Shown here: piece after piece, positions 59,503 to 64,000 of the stretch
How the letters are laid out: each line of letters opens with the position of its first letter
Position numbering within the stretch: position 1 is the stretch's first letter
NCBI GenBank assembly: GCA_963768055.1
Contig: CAVYGN010000001.1
Coordinates: 224,001-288,000 of the forward strand
Direction: 5' to 3'
From: an uncultured Spirochaetota bacterium
GTDB taxonomy: Bacteria > Spirochaetota > Brevinematia > Brevinematales > JAOACQ01
DNA length: 64,000 bases
Made by a program: the position numbers and the translations under genes
The notes under the pieces: model-generated
The model's database searches: none
Seen by the model: the letters and a program-made list of their open reading frames with translations, nothing else
What the model was told of the DNA's origin: nothing

Positions 59503-61728
59503 ATGGATAAGCAAAAAGACGAATTTTTAAAAAAACTGAGGGCGACATTCCGGATAGAGGCGGAAGAGCATATTCGCGCGATTTCCAAGGGTCTGATGGA
59601 ATTAGAAAAGACCCAGGCACCGGAAAGATGTGCACAGGTGATCGAAACCATCTTCCGGGATGCTCACAGTCTCAAGGGTGCAGCCCGTTCTGTCAGCCTG
59701 CAGACGATAGAGTCTATCTGCCAGCTCATAGAAAGTATTTTCGCCGCTTTGAAACGTCATGAGTTAGTTCTGACTTCAGCGTTATATGATACGCTCCACT
59801 CGGCAATGAATACCATCACACAACTTGTCGCAGGAGCGGAGGAAGAGGGTTCCCCGGCGGTGCAGTCGTTGATCCGGGAACTTACCCGCCAGCTTCATGA
59901 AGAACCCGTCCCCGGCGCCACATCCGTCTCGAGTGAAGGCCATACCAGGCCGCGCATGACGGCGGAGAAATCGGTCGTTATGGCTGAGACCGTAAGGATC
60001 CCAACTTCAAAGCTGGACCCTCTCCTGCTCCAGGCCGAGGAAATGATCTCGTTTAAAATCGCTTCAGGCCGGCGCATGGCCGAGTTGCGGGAGATTAGCC
60101 GTAATCTGGCTTTATGGAAAACAGAATTAGATAAATATAAAAATCGTCAATCCCCCGGACCGGAATGGAATGATCTGTCCGTCCTGTGTGAAGAACGCCT
60201 TATTGATCTTCAAAGCCGGGCGGCAGCTGCGGCCCGGTCGGCGGAACAGGACCAGCGCGCGATCCGGCTCCTTGTGGATGAACACCTGGAGGCGATAAAA
60301 AATGTTTTGATGCTGCCGGTCAGCTTATTGGTAGAGGTTTTTCCCAAGCTGGTCCGGGACCTGGCCTGCAACCAGGGCAAAGAAGTGGAAATGATCATCC
60401 AGGGCTCAGAAATTGAAATTGACAAGCGTATCCTGGAGGAACTTAAAGATCCGCTTATTCATCTTATCCGCAATTGCGTTGACCATGGCATAAAAAAGCC
60501 GTCGGAACGATCCCTTGAGAGCAAACCGCCCTGCGGTAAAATCCTGCTTAAATTCGCCGTGAATGACAGCCGCCGGATGGAGATTTCCCTGTCGGACGAC
60601 GGTACGGGAGTTGATCTGGACAAAGTCCGTGCGGCTTCAAAAAAAATGGGTCTCATACCGGCTGACTCCATAAAAAGTTCCGATCCCCGGGAGACATTAC
60701 AGCTTATTTTCCATTCCGGAATCTCCACCAGCCCTATAATCACGGACATTTCAGGCCGCGGCCTGGGTCTTGCGATTGTGCGCGAGAAAGTGGAAAAACT
60801 CGGAGGAACCGTGTCCGTGGAAAGCCAGACCGGGATTGGCACAAGCTTCCGGCTTCTCCTGCCCATGACGCTCTCGACATTCAAGGGCGTTGTGGTTCGG
60901 TCGAGCGAATATCTTTTCGTGCTGCCTGTAATGAATGTCGAACGTGTATTTAGAGTACGGGAAGATGACATCAAGACAGTCGAAAACCATGAAACAATCA
61001 TGCTTGATGGACAAATACTCCCGATGTCCCGTCTTTCCGATACATTGGAATTGCCCGGCAGAAAAAAGGGGGCCGCAGCGTTAAAAGCAATCAGTCGGCA
61101 AGAGGCAGGTTTCGTTCCCATAATTATCGTTACATCCGCTGAAAAACGCATGGCCTTTCTGGTAGATGAGATCCTGCAGGAGCAGGAAGTACTTGTGAAA
61201 GGATTGGGCGAACAGCTGAAACGCGTTCGCAACATAGCCGGCGCTACAATTCTAAGCACAGGCATGGTCGCGCCTGTGCTTAACGTCCAGGACTTGATGA
61301 AATCGGCTATTAGATCGGCAGCGATTGCCCTGAAAGAACCGGCGGCGGAGAAAACCGCGGCGATGAAGGGAAGGATCCTTGTCGCGGAAGATTCGATCAC
61401 TTCGCGCACGCTTCTTAAAAACATTCTTGAAGCCGCGGGCTATCTGGTTTCTACGGCTGTTGACGGTGCAGACGCTTTAACACAGGCGCTCAGCAATGAA
61501 TTTGATCTGGTGGTGTCTGATGTGGATATGCCGCGGCTGAACGGCTTTGAACTGACAGCCAGAATTCGTTCGGATAAGAAACTTTCCGAACTGCCCGTAG
61601 TTCTTGTGACCGCGCTCGAATCGCGCGAAGATAAGGAGCGGGGCGTCGAGTCCGGCGCCAATGCATATATTGTCAAAAGCAGTTTTGATCAAAGCAACCT
61701 GCTGGAGGTAGTCCGCAAGTTTCTTTAG
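59503..61728 (+). CDS. cheA: Hybrid CheA histidine kinase with C-terminal receiver (WspE-like)
   Basis: Hpt AHSLKGAA, HLIRNCVDHG, DDGTG, SGRGLGL, CheW domain, REC (SDVDMP). Confidence 0.93.
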   Translation: MDKQKDEFLKKLRATFRIEAEEHIRAISKGLMELEKTQAPERCAQVIETIFRDAHSLKGAARSVSLQTIESICQLIESIFAALKRHELVLTSALYDTLHSAMNTITQLVAGAEEEGSPAVQSLIRELTRQLHEEPVPGATSVSSEGHTRPRMTAEKSVVMAETVRIPTSKLDPLLLQAEEMISFKIASGRRMAELREISRNLALWKTELDKYKNRQSPGPEWNDLSVLCEERLIDLQSRAAAAARSAEQDQRAIRLLVDEHLEAIKNVLMLPVSLLVEVFPKLVRDLACNQGKEVEMIIQGSEIEIDKRILEELKDPLIHLIRNCVDHGIKKPSERSLESKPPCGKILLKFAVNDSRRMEISLSDDGTGVDLDKVRAASKKMGLIPADSIKSSDPRETLQLIFHSGISTSPIITDISGRGLGLAIVREKVEKLGGTVSVESQTGIGTSFRLLLPMTLSTFKGVVVRSSEYLFVLPVMNVERVFRVREDDIKTVENHETIMLDGQILPMSRLSDTLELPGRKKGAAALKAISRQEAGFVPIIIVTSAEKRMAFLVDEILQEQEVLVKGLGEQLKRVRNIAGATILSTGMVAPVLNVQDLMKSAIRSAAIALKEPAAEKTAAMKGRILVAEDSITSRTLLKNILEAAGYLVSTAVDGADALTQALSNEFDLVVSDVDMPRLNGFELTARIRSDKKLSELPVVLVTALESREDKERGVESGANAYIVKSSFDQSNLLEVVRKFL

Positions 61729-61752
61729 TAAATCGGCAAAAAGGAGAAAGGT

Positions 61753-62802
61753 GTGATAAAGGTCCTGGTGGTTGAAGATTCGGTTGTTTCCCGGGAATTT
61801 CTGACGTATATTCTCAATTCCGATACCGCGATCCGGGTTGTCGGTACGGCAAATAATGGCCTGGAAGCCCTAAAAACCCTCATGCAATACAAACCGGACA
61901 TCATTACGATGGACATCAATATGCCCGTAATGGACGGGATTGAGGCCACCAGAAGGATTATGGAAACATTTCCGACGCCTATTGTTATCGTAAGCGGAAG
62001 TTCATATGGAAAAGAGGTCGCATCCTCATTTCGCGCATTAGAAGCGGGCGCCTTAACAGTTGTCCGCCGTCCACCCGGCATTAATCATGATGGGTTTGAA
62101 ACGGCATCCAGAGAACTGATAACAACGGTAAAATTGATGTCCGAGATAAAGGTCGTCAGGCGCATCCCCAGGACCGCAAAAGCCCAATCAGCATCTCTTC
62201 CGAAAGCAGAAAAACATTTAATGGAAACAGGCGGGATCCAGGCCGTTGTCATCGGCGCGTCCACCGGCGGGCCGCCTGCGCTGCAAAAGATCCTCTCGGA
62301 TTTGCCGAAAGGTTTTGCAGTTCCGGTGTTTATCGTTCAGCATATTGCGCAAGGATTTTCAGAAGGCTTTGCAAGCTGGCTTTCCAACACGTCCGGATTC
62401 CCGGTAAGCATCGCGTCCCAGGGCGAAATCGCAGCACCGGAGCACGGTTACATCGCCCCGGATGGTTTCCACATCGGCGTGGGAAACGGCCTGCATATTG
62501 AACTCAGCGGCGGCGATCCGGAGAATGGCATGCGGCCTTCCGCCGACTATCTCTTCTGCTCTGCCTCACAGGGATTTGGCCGGAATGCTGTCGGTGTTCT
62601 CCTGACCGGTATGGGCAGAGACGGGGCTTCGGGATTGAAGACAATGAAAGAAAAGGGCGCCATCACTATAGCACAGGATGAGTCTAGTTCCATTGTGTAC
62701 GGTATGCCGGGCGAAGCGGTCAAACTCGGTGCGGTAACATACATTCTTCCGCTGGAAGACATTGCCACCATATTGACCGATCTGACAAAAAAAGTAAAAT
62801 GA
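61753..62802 (+). CDS. cheB: CheB methylesterase response regulator
   Basis: REC domain plus GASTGG, VQHI, LTGMGRDGA. Confidence 0.95.
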   Translation: MIKVLVVEDSVVSREFLTYILNSDTAIRVVGTANNGLEALKTLMQYKPDIITMDINMPVMDGIEATRRIMETFPTPIVIVSGSSYGKEVASSFRALEAGALTVVRRPPGINHDGFETASRELITTVKLMSEIKVVRRIPRTAKAQSASLPKAEKHLMETGGIQAVVIGASTGGPPALQKILSDLPKGFAVPVFIVQHIAQGFSEGFASWLSNTSGFPVSIASQGEIAAPEHGYIAPDGFHIGVGNGLHIELSGGDPENGMRPSADYLFCSASQGFGRNAVGVLLTGMGRDGASGLKTMKEKGAITIAQDESSSIVYGMPGEAVKLGAVTYILPLEDIATILTDLTKKVK

Positions 62803-62811
62803 GAGGCCGTT

Positions 62812-64000
62812 ATGAATGTTAAAAAGAACGTCCCTAAAGAGACGGTTGAACTTCTCATCGTCGAGGACAGCCTTACCCAGGCCGAAAAATTGAAATACCT
62901 GCTGGAACAGGAACATTATAAGGTATCGGTAGCAAACAACGGCAAACAGGCCCTGCTGCTCTTTGACAAACGGAAGCCGTCATTGGTCATCAGCGACATC
63001 ATTATGCCGGATATGAACGGCTACGAAATATGCAGACAGATAAAATCGGACACGGGCAAGGATGAAATCCCGGTGATACTGCTGACTTCCCTTTCTAGTG
63101 CAGATGACGTGCTTGAAGGGCTGGCCTGCGGAGCAGATAATTTTATCACCAAGCCCTACAATGAAGATTACCTCCTTGCAAGTATCCGGCAAATCCTTGC
63201 CAACAAAAGACTGCATAAAGATGAACGCATACGTATCGGTGTGGAATTTATTTTTGCAGGGAAGAAGCGCTTCATCACCGCAGACCATCAGCAGATGCTC
63301 ACACTGCTTATTTCAACGTATGAAGCGGCAGTCCAAAAAAATAAAGAACTGGCGAAGACCCAGGAAGAAATTCGGTCGATAAACGAAAATCTGGAAGACA
63401 TGGTGGAAAAAAGAACGGCGGCGCTTACTTCTGAAAACCAATTACGAAAAAAAGCCGATGAACGCATCCGCAAGTTGAACCGCATTTATGCCACATTGAG
63501 CAATATTAACCAGGCTATTGTACGTGTCCGTGAACCGCAAGCACTATTTGAGGAAGCATGTCGAATTGCGATAGATGAGGGCGGTTTTAAAATGGCCTGG
63601 ATAGGATTGGTTGATCCGGTTACCGGAAATGCAAACCCGGCCGCAAGCGCCGGTATTACAGCCGGCTATCTGGAGAAAGTCCCTATAGTGAAGGGTAATG
63701 ATGTACATAGAATCGGTCCCATCGGACTCGTATTGAAATCCGGGGAACATTTCGTATGTAATAATATGGAAAAAGACCCGTGTATGGCGTCCTGGTGCCT
63801 GAGTCCGTCAACCCCGGACTTCCAATCATTGGCGGCATTTCCTCTGAAGGTGTCCGGCCAGATTCGCGGGGTGTTTATATTGATAGCCTTAGAACCTGAC
63901 TTTTTTGATGAAGAGGAACTCAAGCTTCTGGATGAACTGTCTTCGGACATTTCCTTTGCCATGGAGTTCGCAGTAAACGAGGCACAGCGCAAGCTGGTTG
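62812..64000 (+). CDS. Response regulator: REC + coiled coil + GAF (3'-truncated by window; absent from ORF track)
   Basis: MNVKKNVPKETVELLIVEDSLTQ...ISDIIMPDMNGYE...FITKPY; then RIYATLSNINQAI...EEACRIAIDEGGFKMAWIG (GAF). Confidence 0.88.
   Translation, partial: MNVKKNVPKETVELLIVEDSLTQAEKLKYLLEQEHYKVSVANNGKQALLLFDKRKPSLVISDIIMPDMNGYEICRQIKSDTGKDEIPVILLTSLSSADDVLEGLACGADNFITKPYNEDYLLASIRQILANKRLHKDERIRIGVEFIFAGKKRFITADHQQMLTLLISTYEAAVQKNKELAKTQEEIRSINENLEDMVEKRTAALTSENQLRKKADERIRKLNRIYATLSNINQAIVRVREPQALFEEACRIAIDEGGFKMAWIGLVDPVTGNANPAASAGITAGYLEKVPIVKGNDVHRIGPIGLVLKSGEHFVCNNMEKDPCMASWCLSPSTPDFQSLAAFPLKVSGQIRGVFILIALEPDFFDEEELKLLDELSSDISFAMEFAVNEAQRKLV

Noticed and set aside
60459..61424. 321-aa antisense ORF and other long shadow ORFs (e.g. 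56030-56719, 31357-31935, 28826-29422, 19987-20583)
   Set aside because: They lie antisense or out of frame to well-supported genes and have no recognisable motifs.

Overview
Bacterial chromosomal window. The HTH-less LacI-type sensor/GGDEF fusions and gene content suggest a free-living anaerobe, possibly Spirochaetota (inference only). From left to right: (1) 1-9415, the 3' part of a tightly overlapping putative RiPP biosynthetic operon. It combines two intact radical SAM/SPASM enzymes, two degenerate radical-SAM-like proteins, a B12-dependent radical SAM, an ABC exporter and lasso-peptide-type accessory genes (B2 transglutaminase-like protease, NTP_transf_5 nucleotidyltransferase, HPr-kinase-like kinase). 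No precursor, RRE or lasso cyclase lies inside the window. (2) 9412-17967, a signalling island: HD-GYP, STAS and XRE regulator, then an operon STAS / two GHKL-type kinases / MCP-like / PAS-HD-GYP / GGDEF / PAS-PP2C-TPR, i.e. a putative partner-switching module wired to c-di-GMP. (3) 18-30.6 kb, an accessory region with a Bcr-like ABC transporter, duplicated mosaic lipoproteins around a papain-like peptidase, several deletion scars and LacI-type sensor fusions. (4) 30.8-46.7 kb, mostly core genes (amtB, PII, prfA, miaA, murD) plus three GT-C-like membrane proteins. (5) 46.7-53.5 kb, a TraD/TrwB-like gene split by an AT-rich putative defence island (PLD nuclease plus HEPN-like protein) and an IS21 element. 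(6) 54.5 kb, a ~270-bp fold-back element. (7) 55.4-64 kb, a Wsp-like chemosensory operon running off the window end. No rRNA, tRNA or CRISPR array was seen.
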